Assembly (NCBI RefSeq): GCF_001194135.2
Contig: NC_068981.1
Span: 40,960,987-41,024,986, forward strand
Direction: 5' to 3'
From: Octopus bimaculoides
Taxonomy: Eukaryota
Length of the DNA stretch: 64,000 bases
The notes under the pieces were generated by a model that was not told the origin of the DNA, ran no database searches, and was given only the letters and a program-made list of their open reading frames with translations. Of this stretch, positions 49,601 to 63,230 are shown piece by piece; position 1 is the stretch's first letter, and each line of letters starts with the position of its first letter. A program made the translations under genes and the position numbers.

Positions 49601-51249
49601 CTTGCACTATTTTAAATATATAATTAGATAAGTAATTCATATGTTGATGTTCTTGGACAGTTTTGATCGTTAAAGCTTCCTCTTCAAGGAGTATCATTTT
49701 TATAAGAGTGTGGATAAGCATAGAAAATGGGTTACATACCTGCTTTATGATTGATTACCCAGATCAAGTATATATTTCTGAATCTATTATTCCTCTGTGC
49801 TTAATTTTTTGTCTTAAACATATGCTTTGTTAGAAAAATGGTATTGTACCATAAACTTTTTCTTTTTTCTTTTTTATTTCATAAGGAAGCTTTTTCTGAT
49901 GTTTGTACAATGAACTATGGTATTTCTAGTATGTTTTGATTTTTTTGATTTCACCATTTCATTTGTGGTTTGTTTCTTTCTTATGTTTGTTTCCCAATAT
50001 CTGTTGATTTTCTTAAACTTATTTTTTAATTGTTGATTGAATTTGTCCCGGCATGGCTGCAGTCTAATTACTGAAACAGGTAAAAGATATGTATAGTGCA
50101 CCAGCACTAATCTGAAGGCAAATGTTTTATTGTGTTTCACTATGAATCTGTTTCCATAACCACATAAAACTCACATTATTGTCATGAGAAGAAGAACAAC
50201 AAATTGTGTTCTGCAATTAATTAAGAAGTAGCTGAAACAGATTTTTCTTTCCATTTTGTTTCTCTGCTGATAGTTACATTTTCTGAGAGAAAATACTTTT
50301 GCCTCTCAAGCATATTGCTTTGTAATCAAACAGGTTATGCAATCACACCTATTTCACAATGTATATATGAAGCCAATTAAGTTTTAACTTAAATTTGGTA
50401 TGATTTAAGACTTAACAGAGAATGCATGTTTAATCAGTGTGAATATAGGCATAACATTTATATGAAAAATAATTCTGAATGTATGTATGCATTTAGTATT
50501 GAACCCACACCACCAACCTTATTGCTGCCTAGATTCATTATCCCCTATCACAAAAATGCTGAAAGAAATTTAATTGCTATTATAACACTATATTTCATCA
50601 TTATTTCAGATCAAGGTTTTCTTTACTAGTTTATTTTTGTTGCCTTTTGGTCAACAAATGGTTTAAAACTGTTTTGTGAAAAGCAGACTGTGTGAAACAT
50701 GTGTAAGAAATAGAGAATGGGATATTCAATATACACACAGACTGTGTGCTTTCCAGTTCCAGTGCCTCACTGTTACAAGAGAATGAGACATTGGCAGGAT
50801 AACTTTTAGACATTTGAAGAATTTGGTCTATCTATACCCTGTCAAGCCACTAGATGGTCCAGTCCTTGTGTGCCTCAATGATACTGAAAACTATGCCAGT
50901 GAAGCACAAGCTTCTAGTAGGGCCTCCCATGCTGAATAAATAAAAGGGATAGTGGCCAGACTAATGTGGACCACCTTTTCTCAAAGGTAAAAATGGGTTT
51001 GCATAGGCCCAACACCCCTACCTGGAAAAAGCAAAGTTACAGAAACAACAATAACAATTCAAAACCAACAAGACCTGGGAGAGGAAAGCCTTCCCTCAGG
51101 AAAACATAAAACATAATGCAGCATCCTAAGAAAACCAACAACATACATTACATATTTTATAGCCTTGTGTTTGGATATATGATTTAATGGAGTGGGGGTA
51201 AGCAATGTATTCACATGACATACTACTGCTATACGCGACTCCAAAACAC

Positions 51250-51720
51250 CCTCTGTAATCTCAAATAATAACGTTACTCTTTATAAGAGTTCAATGAGTC
51301 ACACAGGGATGTTAATGTCTCTCATCACAACAACATATCAAGCCTTAACCTGGAACCCTCAAGTGAAGTAGAAGAGAGGATGCCCTAAAAAATAAAATAG
51401 CTGGAGACGGAATACTGAGGCAGATCTGAAAAACCTGGGATCCAAATGAAAGGAGTAGAAAAGACCACCCAGAGTCAAGAAGAGCAGAGATAATTCATCG
51501 ATTTCCTATATTCGATAGAGAGGGAAGGCTTAATTAAGTAGTTGTACTTTGTCGGAGCTTAGACTGACTCTAATGTGAAGGTACCTTTACTGTTATTCAA
51601 ATCCAGGATTACTGACTTACCAACCAGATCCACAAAGATTGTCCTCAGGGAAAGATTTAAGGATTTCTCCCATCCCACTGCAGCAACTCAACAGAATACT
51701 ACATAATCATTCAAATTGGG
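51250..51720 (-). mobile_element. Degraded LINE AP-endonuclease remnant
   Basis: Minus-strand pieces VGKSVILDLNNSKGTFTLESV*APT and YVVVMRDINIP resemble the 'VYAP' and 'MGDFN' motifs. Confidence 0.4.
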
Positions 51721-52506
51721 GACAAGTGCATACACTCCAGACACTGATGACTACTGTTAGATCTTGTTGAACTGTCTGATTCTTGCCATCATAGAAAACA
51801 AATGTAAAATGCTGCTACTGGTGGTTTGGAGGAGACAAAGTAGGGAAAGGAGGATATATGTAGATATGAAGATTACACATTCTCTTATTAATTCTATTAC
51901 ATATATAATTACATGTGTATACCTGGCATGAGACCTAATGTTCCACTCCTGTTTCACCACTTGGATTGGAAATTTACTATCAAATTGATCCATTAAAATA
52001 TTTGCTGATGTGGCACTGCTTGACTCAGATTCTGTTAACTATGATGTGCATCACAGTTTGGTATTGTCCTCTCATGCTTTTCTTTCTCTGCACCAGCAAC
52101 CTACTCGCTAGTAACATTATCCAAATCAACTTCTAATCAATTCTTACCACTCTTTGCTTTTTGATAAAATTCTGCACACAGGTGTATGTATATTCAAGCT
52201 AAACAAACATGCCAGAAAAATATGCTACTTCTATGAACAAAAGTTTGAAGATGTCCTATATATGACAATCTAATCTCTGGCAATATTATCAAAACATAGC
52301 TACAGCATATATAAGGTTAGGTTAGATTCACTCTGCATGCAACCCAATGCAACTTGTGTCAAAGCCAGCTTGTTAACAACTAGACTGTTCACCCACCAAC
52401 CCTGTTTAATGAGTGAGATGGGTGCGTGGATACCCAATAGGGTTAAAAATCAATAGAATCTATTATAGGTGGAAGAGCCTCTCACAGTGAAGCCAATAGA
52501 TAACCA

Positions 52507-53099
52507 GGATCTTTGTGGTTTTCATTACTGTTTACAGTTATCTTAAAAAAAGTTTTCTAATGTATCATACAGATGTAATTTTTGATGCTGAATCCGAATT
52601 TGTTATTCATTTATTCTAGAAAAATTTTGCAAAAATGTTACAGGTGTTCAAAGCTTGATCATTTTCAGAATTTTCAGCCAATCAGAAAACAGCATGTTTG
52701 CTATCTCTTCCATCTTCGGGGGGAGGGGAGCACCGACATGTCAAAATATTAAATTAGGATTTTATAAAATAAATTATCTTTCTTGTATCTCCTTCTCCTC
52801 CTTGTGTACATGCACAGTATCTTTGGTTACTATGGAAATAGTTCTTTGCAATCAGCTATGCAACACGTGGTGCTTCTTTGCTTTGGTGATATGTAAAATA
52901 CTTGCTTCTGATTAGCTAAAATACCCAAATTTTTCAAATTTGAAAGGCTTTTTAATTATGGATTTATTAACTTTTTAATTATGGATTTATAGGAAAAATG
53001 AATTTCATTCTCATAATTAGTATACAAAACTTAATCCATATAGCAAATTTGGAGACAATCGGAACTGACTGTAAACAGTGACAAAAACCACAAAGATCC
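52507..53099. mobile_element. Non-autonomous TIR element (593 bp, GGATC termini)
   Basis: GGATCTTTGTGGTTTTCATTACTGTTTACAGT vs reverse complement of 53068-53099 (28/32); flanks GATAACCA / AACAACCG (5/8). Confidence 0.75.
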
Positions 53100-53669
53100 A
53101 ACAACCGTACTTGGAAAAGAAACAGGTGCTGCAATGTCATCTATTAACTGAAGCACACTGCCATGCATATAGGTCATCTTAGATTATGGATTTTATATGT
53201 ATAATAAGGAATACACAACACACTAATCCTCTCCACCAACATACAACCTTTGACTAAAACTTTCACAAACCTTATAAATGTTAGTGATCACAATCTGTCT
53301 CAACTACCACTTGTCTCTAATATAAACAAAATTACATCAGCTAAGCTGTTCCTTCTTTTAAGAAACAGAAAGAACTTCAGTTCTGAACAGCTGGAGGCCC
53401 AAGACAAAGTTACATCTTTGAGATGGAACAGCTGCATTATACATAAATATTTAAAACTGCCTAAAGAAAATAAGGCCATCTGAGTGATTGGCAAAGTTAT
53501 TATACATACTAACAAACTCAAGCATCACTGATGCAGTGTATATTTACTCTGCCTTTCTATAACAATTTTAATTTCTGCTCTCCTGAATAAACAGCTATGT
53601 TGACAGTGACAGTTAGTGGGAGCTTGCAAAGGCTCCACCACCTCCACCTTCTATAACAAAAATCTCATG

Positions 53670-54059
53670 TATATATGTGTGTGCGTGTGTATGCATGTGC
53701 ATGTGAGTTAGTGAGTGTGTGTGCATGTGTGTATGTGCATGTGTTTGTGTGTGTGAGTGTGTGTATGTAAGTGTAGGTGTGAGTGTGTGTGTGAGTGTGT
53801 GTATGTAAGTGTAGGTGTGAGTGTGTGTGCATGTGTGTGTGCGTGTGTGTGTGCACGCACGTGCGCACGTGCATGTGTATGAGACTCAAATTCATGCCAG
53901 CATGGAAAATGGATGATAGATGATGATGATGATGATGAAGAAGAAGAAGAAGAACAAAAAGTACTTGATACAGAAATAAAGTATGGTTATCTACAGTAGT
54001 AGTGATATTATGCTTGGTAACTACACTTATATGCACATGCACAAACACACACAAACGCA

Positions 54060-54100
<41 letters not shown>
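53670..54100. repeat. (GT)-rich tract (53670-53880) and (CA)-rich tract (54030-54100) bracketing an RTE tail
   Basis: direct inspection. Confidence 0.9.
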
Positions 54101-54104
<4 letters not shown>

Positions 54105-54369
54105 GCTAGAAGGAAATGAAGTGGGTATGCTCCTCTGAATGTGTAGTGTTAGTGTGCCTGAACACAAATGAACCGAAGAGTAAACTAGTAAGAGCATGAA
54201 AAAAAAGCTGTGTATGGAGGCTGACATCTAGCTAAGGAAGTACCAGGCAATCCAGAGGAACTTTTGAATAAAAGTGACATGAAAAGAAATGCTGATGGCT
54301 GATTTCAGGAAGATGTATCTCATAAAAAAGACCCATTTGTTCCTTGCAAGCATGAGGGAAGAACTACAA

Positions 54370-54509
54370 ATGATGATGATGGTCGTGGTGATTGCAATGA
54401 CAATGACAACAGTGATGATATTGATGATGATGACAACGACGACAATGATGATTGTGGTGGTGGTGGTGGTTGCAATGAAAATGTTGACAATGATGATAGT
54501 GATGATGAC

Positions 54510-54540
<31 letters not shown>

Positions 54541-54612
54541 ATAGTGATGGTGGTAGTGGTGGTCATGATACTGGTGGTAGTGGTGGTAGTAGTAGTGATA
54601 GTGGTGATGACA
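54370..54612 (+). repeat. Compound (GAT/GGT/GAC/AGT)n low-complexity tract, expanded tail of an RTE 3' end (54100-54370)
   Basis: direct inspection; preceded by a decayed RLEGNEVGML… segment and the GCAAGCATG…AAATGATG tail. Confidence 0.85.
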
Positions 54613-55521
54613 ACATGCACATATTTATATTATTTATATCATGGTTAGGCTCCAGTTGAAATTAGTTTATGAAGAATTTTCATATTTTGATATCAGAAAA
54701 AACAGAACGCTTTACTAAAAGAACTCAAAACAAAAACCCAGCATGCATTATGTCTAGTCATAAACTCCCATTAATAATATGCTACAAAAATTGAAAAATT
54801 TCCTTATCTACAAGAAACCATCAGCCTGCAACCTGCTCAACGCTCTTCCAGTGACTAATATAATTTACATATTCAGATACAAACATTCTAACATTTAAAT
54901 ATCCTAACTTCAAATGTTACACTGGACACACTTTATAGCTGGCTGACCATGTGTCTAAAACAAGAAGCTACTGAAATATATTTTATTACAACAACACTAA
55001 ACACTAAACAAATTAAGTAGAAAAACATCAGTTTTCATAGTACAGTCTTCTTAACTAGAATATTATCAGCCCTTGCCCTCTGCTTAAAAGCTTCATTGAA
55101 TTTCTCTTGCTCTCATTCTGTGTGCGTGTGTGAGGGTGAACATATATATACATATGTAATGTATGTGTGTGTTTGTGTGTATGTATATATATGTATGTGT
55201 GTATGTGTGTGAATATGAACATATATATATTATTGTTGTATTTCAGGATGGTTGGTTTTTTTTTTTTTTTTTCCAAATAAACACATGCACTATATATTCG
55301 TTCTTCACTCGTTTATTACTGTTCTTATTCTAACTCATGTCCATTGTCCGGAAATCTTTCATCACACATTTGTGACCTCCTCAGTGACACTTTCTGTCTT
55401 CATGTGTGCTCTTGCTCTGCTTAATCCATTAATCAGAATACAAGAATATCTGTTTCAACAGACGGTTTCACATCAGGAATCTTGCAACACAAATTCATCG
55501 ATATATATATATATATATATA

Positions 55522-55581
55522 NNNNNNNNNNNNNNNNNNNNNNNNNNNNNNNNNNNNNNNNNNNNNNNNNNNNNNNNNNNN
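55522..55581. other. Assembly gap (60 N) inside a (TA)n tract
   Basis: N run. Confidence 1.
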
Positions 55582-55610
55582 TATATGTATATATATATAT
55601 ACATATATCA

Positions 55611-56010
55611 TCATCATCATTTAACGTCCACTTTCCATGCTAGCATGGGTTGGACGATTTGACTGGGGACTGGTGAACCAGATGGTTACACCAGACTCCA
55701 GTCTGATCTGGAAGAGTTTCTACAGCTGGATGCCCTTCCTAATGCCAACCACTCTGAGAGTGTAGTGGGTGCTTTTTACATGCCACCGGCACGAGGGCCA
55801 GTCCGGTGGTACTGGCAACGGCCACGCTCAAATGGTGTTTTTTTACATGCCACCTGCACAGGAGTCAGTCCAATGTTTTGTTCACATGCCATCGGCACAA
55901 TTGCCAGTAAGGTGAAGCTGGAAACGATCTTGCTCAAATGGTACTTTTTACGTGCCACAGGCACGGAAGCGAGACTGCTGCTCTGGCAGTGATCCCACTC
56001 AGATGGTGCT
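55611..56010 (-). mobile_element. RTE-type 3' tail copy
   Basis: Same tail family; further copies at ~59283-59480(-) and ~60765-60976(+). Confidence 0.82.
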
Positions 56011-56811
56011 GTTAGGTCAACATGTAATCTTTTATTGTATATTTTTTTCTCTGATGATATTGTGATGGTATAAATACAAATTTAAACCATAAATTTGTAA
56101 TTTATTTAATAAGCATAATTGAAACAGCTGCAGGAAGTATGAAGTATCATTTTATTAATAAATAATCATTAACTTTCAACTCTCCATTTTCTTTCCTGCT
56201 ATTAAGTGAATATAGATTATACCATCTAACCCATGCCAGTATGGAAAACGGACATTAAATGATGATGAAGACAAAGATGATGATGATGATGATGATGATG
56301 ATACACACACACACACATATATACACACATATACATACATGTTAAGAAAGTCTGAAGGGTATCACACTGGTTCACAAGGAAACAGAAATACTAAAATTAC
56401 ACAGTTTCTTTGTGGATGACTTGAAACTATATTCCAAGAATATGCATGAGATGAAAAAGAGCCTTGACCTGGTTACAACAGGTTTGCTATTTCTTCCCTT
56501 CAAACTAACTATAAGTGGCTGCATATTTTTTACTGAACTTTTACTTTTATAACATACTTGACAGTTTCATTAAAATTGATTAGCAATTTAGGTTGGTGCA
56601 GTTAGGCACCTCCCACTAACATCTAACATAGCAAAATGTTCCATTTTGATTTAACATTGATAAGAATATAGAGAAATTAGAAATTAATGATTAAACGTTT
56701 TAGATAAACAAAAGCCATTTACAAATACCAACTTAGTATTGAAACAGGATAGTAGACGTACTTATGGGAAATGAACCATATACCTATTGTTTATCAGATG
56801 AATGTGCTAGC

Positions 56812-57031
56812 AAGGCAGCGAGCTGGCAGAAACGTTAGCATGCCAGGCAAAATGCTTAGCAGCATTTTGTCTGTCTTTACATTTTGAGTTCAAATTCCGC
56901 CGAGGTTGACTTTGTCTTTCATACTTTTGGGGTCGATAAATTAAGTAACAGTTGTGTTCTGGGGGTCAGTCTAAATAACTCGCCCCCCCCTCTCTCACAA
57001 AAATTTCGGGCCTTGAGCCTAGAGTAGAAAA
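56812..57031 (+). mobile_element. Full-length SINE family B copy
   Basis: AAGGCAGCGAGCTGGCAGAAACG…GAGTTCAAATTCCGCC…GGGGTCGATAAATTAAGTA…CCTAGAGTAGAAAA. Confidence 0.85.
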
Positions 57032-57299
57032 AATGTTTGTGTTAGCATTATGATAACCTTAAGTGGCTTTAATTCCTTTTATTGAATACAAATATTGATA
57101 ACACAGTTAAAAGAGAGTCTTACTAGAATTCTGTGCAATAAAAACCTGTTTAAATAAGTAATTTTACTCTTATATTAATAATTCTCTGATGCTAATTTTT
57201 TTTTACTTATATTATATGAATTTGTGAATAATAGCTTTGTTGGAGATTTGTGCTAAATAGGGTTCCAAAAGATTGATCATAGGTTCATTGTATTTTCTA

Positions 57300-57480
57300 T
57301 GGTAAGAGTAACAAGTGGTGTTGGTGTATTTAGCCTTTAAAAGTTTTTCAAGTGTGACATCTCTGATTGCAGTTTCTGGAAGTTTGTTCCATATTTTGAT
57401 AGTTAGATATAGAGGTCTGAAGCAGACCACAGATTTGGAGAAGAGAGGGCATGTCATTGATGAGGTTGCACATGGCAATG
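57300..57480 (-). mobile_element. CR1/L2-type LINE ORF2 C-terminal remnant
   Basis: TIKIWNKLPETAI..VTLEKLLK resembles the 'V..WN.LP…..SL..FK' terminal motif. Confidence 0.5.
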
Positions 57481-57767
57481 AAAGGATTTTGACAAACCTA
57501 ACTGATTGAATTAATGATTAATCAAACAGTCACTCAGGTAATTGGTTAAATGTAAATGTATTAACTAATAATGGTAAAAGAAGTGAAATAGACGACTGCA
57601 TGTGTTTATCTTTGGCATAATGACTTTCTTAAGATTCAACAAAATAAGTATAGAATGCTCTTCTCCAAAGTGTGAGTCTTGGCATCAGTTGCGATGAAGC
57701 TACATGCAGATATAAATGATATCTTTCAGACTATAATAACAACATTGCTCAAAGTTATTGCTTGAGT

Positions 57768-57981
57768 AGGCAGCAAGCTGGCAGAGTCATTAGCACACCA
57801 GGTAAAATGCTTAGCAGTATTTCGTCTGCCTTTATGTTCTGAGTTCGAATACTGCCGAGGTCAACTTTGCTTTTCATCCTTTTGGGATCAATAAATTAAG
57901 TACCAGTTGCATACTGCGATTAGTCTAATCAACTGGCCCCCCTCCCCAAAAATTTCAGGCCTTGTGCCTAGAGTGGAAAAG
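57768..57981 (+). mobile_element. Full-length SINE family B copy with perfect 17-bp TSD
   Basis: AAAGTTATTGCTTGAGT at 57751-57767 and 57982-57998. Confidence 0.92.
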
Positions 57982-60900
57982 AAAGTTATTGCTTGAGTGC
58001 CTTTTACAGAGTATTGTTGCTTCAGAAATCTATTTCCTGGGATTTAAACTGCTGATAGCAAACTTTATTGCAGAACATCAGAAGCTGTAATAATCATTGA
58101 AGCTTACTTTTGGACTGTAGTGGATCAGATTATTATATCATGTGAAGTATTTATTTTGGAAAGACAAGCATAAATCATAATGCTTTGGATATATGTTCTG
58201 TAAACAGTGGCTTTTCCTTTCATGATCAGCTTATATGCTATTTTTGCGTAGTGCTTAGGCTTTGTACAGCTTTGTTACATTTTGAAGACATATGTTCTGC
58301 CTACACCAGCTTTCTGTTTATGATTATATCAAAAATTTCATGCTGCCTTTTCACAGGCAGCTTACAATTTTCAAAATGCTGGTTTTAGGGGCTTTTCTTT
58401 GCTAGAATCTCCTTTACACCAGGATTTTCATATTTTTGGTACTCATGAAACCCCACTAGATTGGGTTAAAATTTTAGGAGCCTAAAAGATATTTGAAATA
58501 GCATTATGTTAGCATAATTTATTTGTTGTTCTTATCTTAGTGGTTTGAAAAATTCAATTGCAGAACTAAAACATTAAGAATTAATGATTCTGTTAAGCTT
58601 GTTCCTGGTTTGAGAGAAATAATAATTGGTGATGGATGTTACTTGAAATTGTAAATCAACCACTATTATTCAGTTTATTTCAATTTCTTTTTTTTTTTTT
58701 GCATGTTATTGGACATGGTGAAAAAGTTCCTGCACATAAACATGTAATTAGAAACCACATTAATACTTTTAAAGTTTTTGTGCTTATAGTAAGGGTACTC
58801 CATTAATAATGCAATCCAAAATTTTGTCAATTCCAATTGCTGAAATTTTATTTAAGGGAAAAATCTGTTGCATGTCTATTTGCTGTTCACTTTATTCTTG
58901 TAATAGATTGCTTAATTTTAACAAATATACAAATGGGTTTTCAATTTCAGCAAGAAAATAGTGTTATTGATTTACGCACAATCAGACAAATGTTACCAAA
59001 CTGAGCCCTGTATTTTGACTTGACAGTTTTATACTATGAAACAAAATTTGCTTCACAGTTTCAAACACTTGACAGTGTCACTTCAGTGTCTTAATTTACA
59101 TTTAAGTGATTTAATTTTACTTTGGACTTTGAAATATCAATTAGAACCATAACACTGTAAGATTAACTTCATTCAACCGAAGTGAATATATCAGAAAATT
59201 GTGCCAGCTTTTCATCCCATACATAACTTTTAGTTTGGCTCAAAAGTTCAAAAAGATGTTCAGGCAGAAACAAAACCTATTTCATCATTTTACATCCATT
59301 TTCCATGCTGATATGGGTTGGACAGTTTGAGAAGAGCTGATGAGGCAGAAGATTGCACCAAGTTCCACTGTCTGTTTGACATGGTTTCTACTGATGGATG
59401 TCCTCATTAGCACCAACCTTTTCACAGTGTGTACTGGGTTTGTTTTACAAGGCACCAGTATTAGTGAAGTTACCAAATAACCCACAAGACAAGAACCCTC
59501 AACTGAGGGACGTATAAGATTGAGGGAAATGAAAAGTTAAAGTATGATGGGGAGACAGAAACAGTAGAGGAAATAGATGACAACCCCAACTAGAAAGAGA
59601 GAGAAGATGGGGAAGAAGTGTCAAGTTACAAGAAGATGAATCTAAGAGAAGTGGTCCAGAGGATTGGACTGGGTGAATGGTAGGCAAGATCACAAGAGTG
59701 TGAAAGGAGAAAGTAAATGCAGTGAATGGTGAACACAGGTGGAGGTGGTAAGTGTGAGAAGATGGAGGTAATAGGAAGCAGCACAGGTTATGTGGAGTGT
59801 GGGTGGTGTATGAGAAATGTACAATGCCAGGGACAAGGTCAGATACATATAAGGGTAATAATAAAGTCACATGCAAACCTGCCATATTTTCACAATAAAT
59901 TGAAGATTATTGCATTTAGTAGTCTTAATGTAATATAATTGACCAGCTTTACAGCATCATTTACTGCTAATCTTAGATCTTGAAGCATACATTTTATTGC
60001 CTGTGCTTGATCATGAAACAGCTGTAGATACATTTACAATTCTGATTTAAATCTTTTATTTTTGCAACATAACCATCATTTCAGTTCCATCATTGCAAAT
60101 ATTTGAATAAAGTTTTCTATAAGTTTTCAATGTTTTCAATAAATGAATTCATTAAATTAATGCTTTCCCTCCAAAGGCTAGCAGATTAACAGGTCTTCTT
60201 CAATGTTACTTTTATAAATATAGCCTACAAACTCAAGCAAATTTACTAAACCATTGCCTTTTAAATTATCTATTTGAAGAGAGAATGTTTAGTTTATTTT
60301 AACCTTTCTTATTACTTCAGTTTTGCAAAAATTTTACATTTGATAATCTTTTATACAAGGCTTTATTAAGTTTCCTGAAATTTAAGTGTTTCACCTGCTT
60401 TTCCTAGTTGATAAACAATGCAATATAAAATAAGCAAAACATTGACTACACCATCACCTTTGTTCATCATTCACTACATTGACTTCTATTCCCATCTCTA
60501 ATCATCTGTCATTCTCTTCTCAAACTCTTGCGAACTTACCAACCCACCCTTCCTGATCCTGTCCCTATACTCTTTTCTACTTACTTTCTTGTGCCTTAAG
60601 GGTACACCCTGATATCTTGTTACTACTATATCTCTATTTCAGTTATTCCAAACTTTATATATGTAGGGTAGCCATATATAGCAAGATAGCTATTCCTGTC
60701 CCTGTCATACTTTAGTCTCTCAAACCTGGTCTTAAGCTGCCTCTCTCTCTCTCTACTACACACTACTCAGTTGAGGGGCCCATGTGAGTTACTTGTGACC
60801 AGTGCCACATAAAAAAAGCACCAAGTATACTCTGTAAAAAAGTTAGTGTTAGTAAGGTCATCCAGCAATTGAAAGCATGCCAAAGCCACAGTCTTTCAGC

Positions 60901-61564
60901 ATATTGCTTCCTGGAATCATCAATCTCAAGCCAACATGGAAGACTGACATTTAATGATGATGATGATGATGATGACAAAAACGTATATTTTTTTTGATTT
61001 AATTCCAAACAATCTCTTTTAAAATATTCTTCACTTATTTTTTTATAAACCTTCAAATGTGTTGTTTCTAAATGCCACTTAAGATAGATTTAAGGCTGAA
61101 ACCTTTTCACATTCAACCAACAGTTCAGTTTTATCACCAGTCCAAATAAAAGTTCTGTAATATTTTCTTTTCTTTGCTCATCTTGTTGTTTTGATGTTGG
61201 TTTTGCAGATAAATTTTCTATAGGCTCAAGTTATGTAATGCCTCTTCCATTCATATCACTCAGGTTTTGCTTATTAGCACTTGAATTATTGTTGGTATTT
61301 TACCATTTATGCATTGGGGATGTAAATAAAATGTAATTTATTGATTTTAAAAAATTATTATTTCCTAAAACATTCATCTTCACTATGCATACATTAGAAA
61401 AGTCACTAAACCATATAACACCAATATTATACATTATTTTTAACAACCAATTCACATTTATTGTTGCCTAAACAGAAAGCAATTAAAAATTATGTAATAT
61501 TAGCTTAAGCTGCCAGATACCACTGGTTCAGCAGAATATATACCCAGAATTAATGTTCTTATAT

Positions 61565-61960
61565 GTGTAGGTGTAGGTGTGTGTTCGAGAAATTTGCTTC
61601 CCAACCTCAGTTTTGAGTTCAGTCCTGCACTTAGCATCATGGGCAAGTGTCTTCTACTATAGCTGACCAAAGTTTTGTGAGTGGGTTTGATTGATGGAAG
61701 CTGAAAGAAGCTCATCATGTGTGTGTGTGTGTGTGCCTTTGTGTCTCCTTGTCTTAACATCAAATAATAGTAGTAAGTGAGTAACATGCAGTGCTATTCA
61801 TTTTTAATATTCTGCTAAAACATGTCAGGTCATGGGAAAATATCACCTAGCTTGGAAACAATTAAGGGTTGGAGACATTTGGCCATAGAAAATCAGCCTC
61901 AATAAACTCTGTCCAACTCATACAAGCAAGGAAAAGGGGACATTAAAACGATGATGATCA
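61565..61960 (+). mobile_element. tRNA-head / RTE-tail SINE, uninterrupted copy
   Basis: Family A head plus (GT)n plus internal CATGTCAGGTCATGGGAAAATATCACC segment plus …GGACATTAAAACGATGATG tail. Confidence 0.78.
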
Positions 61961-62909
61961 AATCTATGTACTTATTAATTACTCAAGCAGAAATTACTGT
62001 GAAAACCCTACATAAATCTGTGGTAAGTTTGTGTTCCTTCTTCTTGGAAATCTATATTGTGCAACTACCTTACTTTCCTCAATCTGCACATGTGTCTCTG
62101 TATGTGTATGTGTTTGTAACAACTGACTGATTAATGGAAGAGTATAAAATACAAGATGTGGTGGTGGTATTGGGGGTGGGGTTAGGTAGTGGAAAGAGAA
62201 ACAGTGAAAGAGAGGCGCATGGGAAAAAATCTGTCCTGTTGTTTACTACTTAACATATTTGTGTGTGAGTGTGTGCGTGCGTGTGTGTGTGTGTGTGTAT
62301 GTGTGTGTGTGTGTGTGTGTGTGTTTGTGTGTGTGTGCTTGCATGTGTGTACATGCATATGTGCATGTATGCATGAGTGTGCTCATTGCCTTAGCAACAC
62401 TTTATGGATATTGGTTACATGAATAATCATTATTACATAACAACAGTAAATGGGTTTTTTAAATCCTGAATACAGTAAGCATAAATACATTTTTTTTTAA
62501 AATTAACAATGTTGCATTACAGTTACCTACATACAACTTATAAAATGCTGGTACATCACAGGTTAACTTCTCTAAAATCACCAAAGAACTAGTAACAGCT
62601 GATACACATGGGAGGGCTGAGTTTTGCAGAACCCATTGTCTCAGAAACCATGCTTTACAGTTTGATGGCAGAACACCATCTCAACATGGTCTCTATTTAA
62701 GACAGCTGCTGCATTTCTTTTTCCTGTTGATCATACTGGTGCAAACAGTGTGGACAGTGGCCTGGGAATGGAATTTGCTTAGTGGGTGCAAACTCAGTTC
62801 CAAAATTTTTCTACAAGCAAGGCCAAGATTTTGTCAATCTTAATATCAAATCAAACACAGGTATAATAAATTTTTTTATTATTGTACAAGGAAAAGTAAT
62901 GCTTCAAAT

Positions 62910-63230
62910 CACTCCAAATTTTTTTTCTATACTCTCTTGTTTTGGTGATGAAGTTTTCCAAGAGGATGTCCAAAGTGTTTTCCTTGCACAAGTTTTATGT
63001 ACATACATTACAGCACAGTGTGTTAGACAATGTTGTGTCATTGTGGTACTGAGTCAGGTCTTCAAACAGCAAAGTGTGTTGAACATTCTCTCGCTTGATG
63101 CAACAGACACAGGATTGCAACAGGATGACATTTTCATCACAAAGGCTGGTCCATAGTGCTTTCAGAAGAATGGTGATTTGGTGAACAAAGTTCAATACAT
63201 TGGTGTCCATGACAACCATAGAGCCAACTT
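62910..63230 (-). pseudogene. hAT transposase C-terminal (dimerisation domain) remnant
   Basis: Minus frame PVSVASSERMFNTLCCLKT*LSTTMTQHCLTHCAVMYVHK, then after a frameshift LDILLENFITK…RKKFG; matches the hAT 'P.S.AS.ER.FS.L..LKT.LR.TM.Q.RL..L..L.VH' pattern; not in the ORF track. Confidence 0.75.

Noticed and set aside
53665-54648. ORFs with poly-CV, HT, T/I or M/V runs
   Set aside because: Translations of (GT)n, (CA)n and (GAT)n tracts
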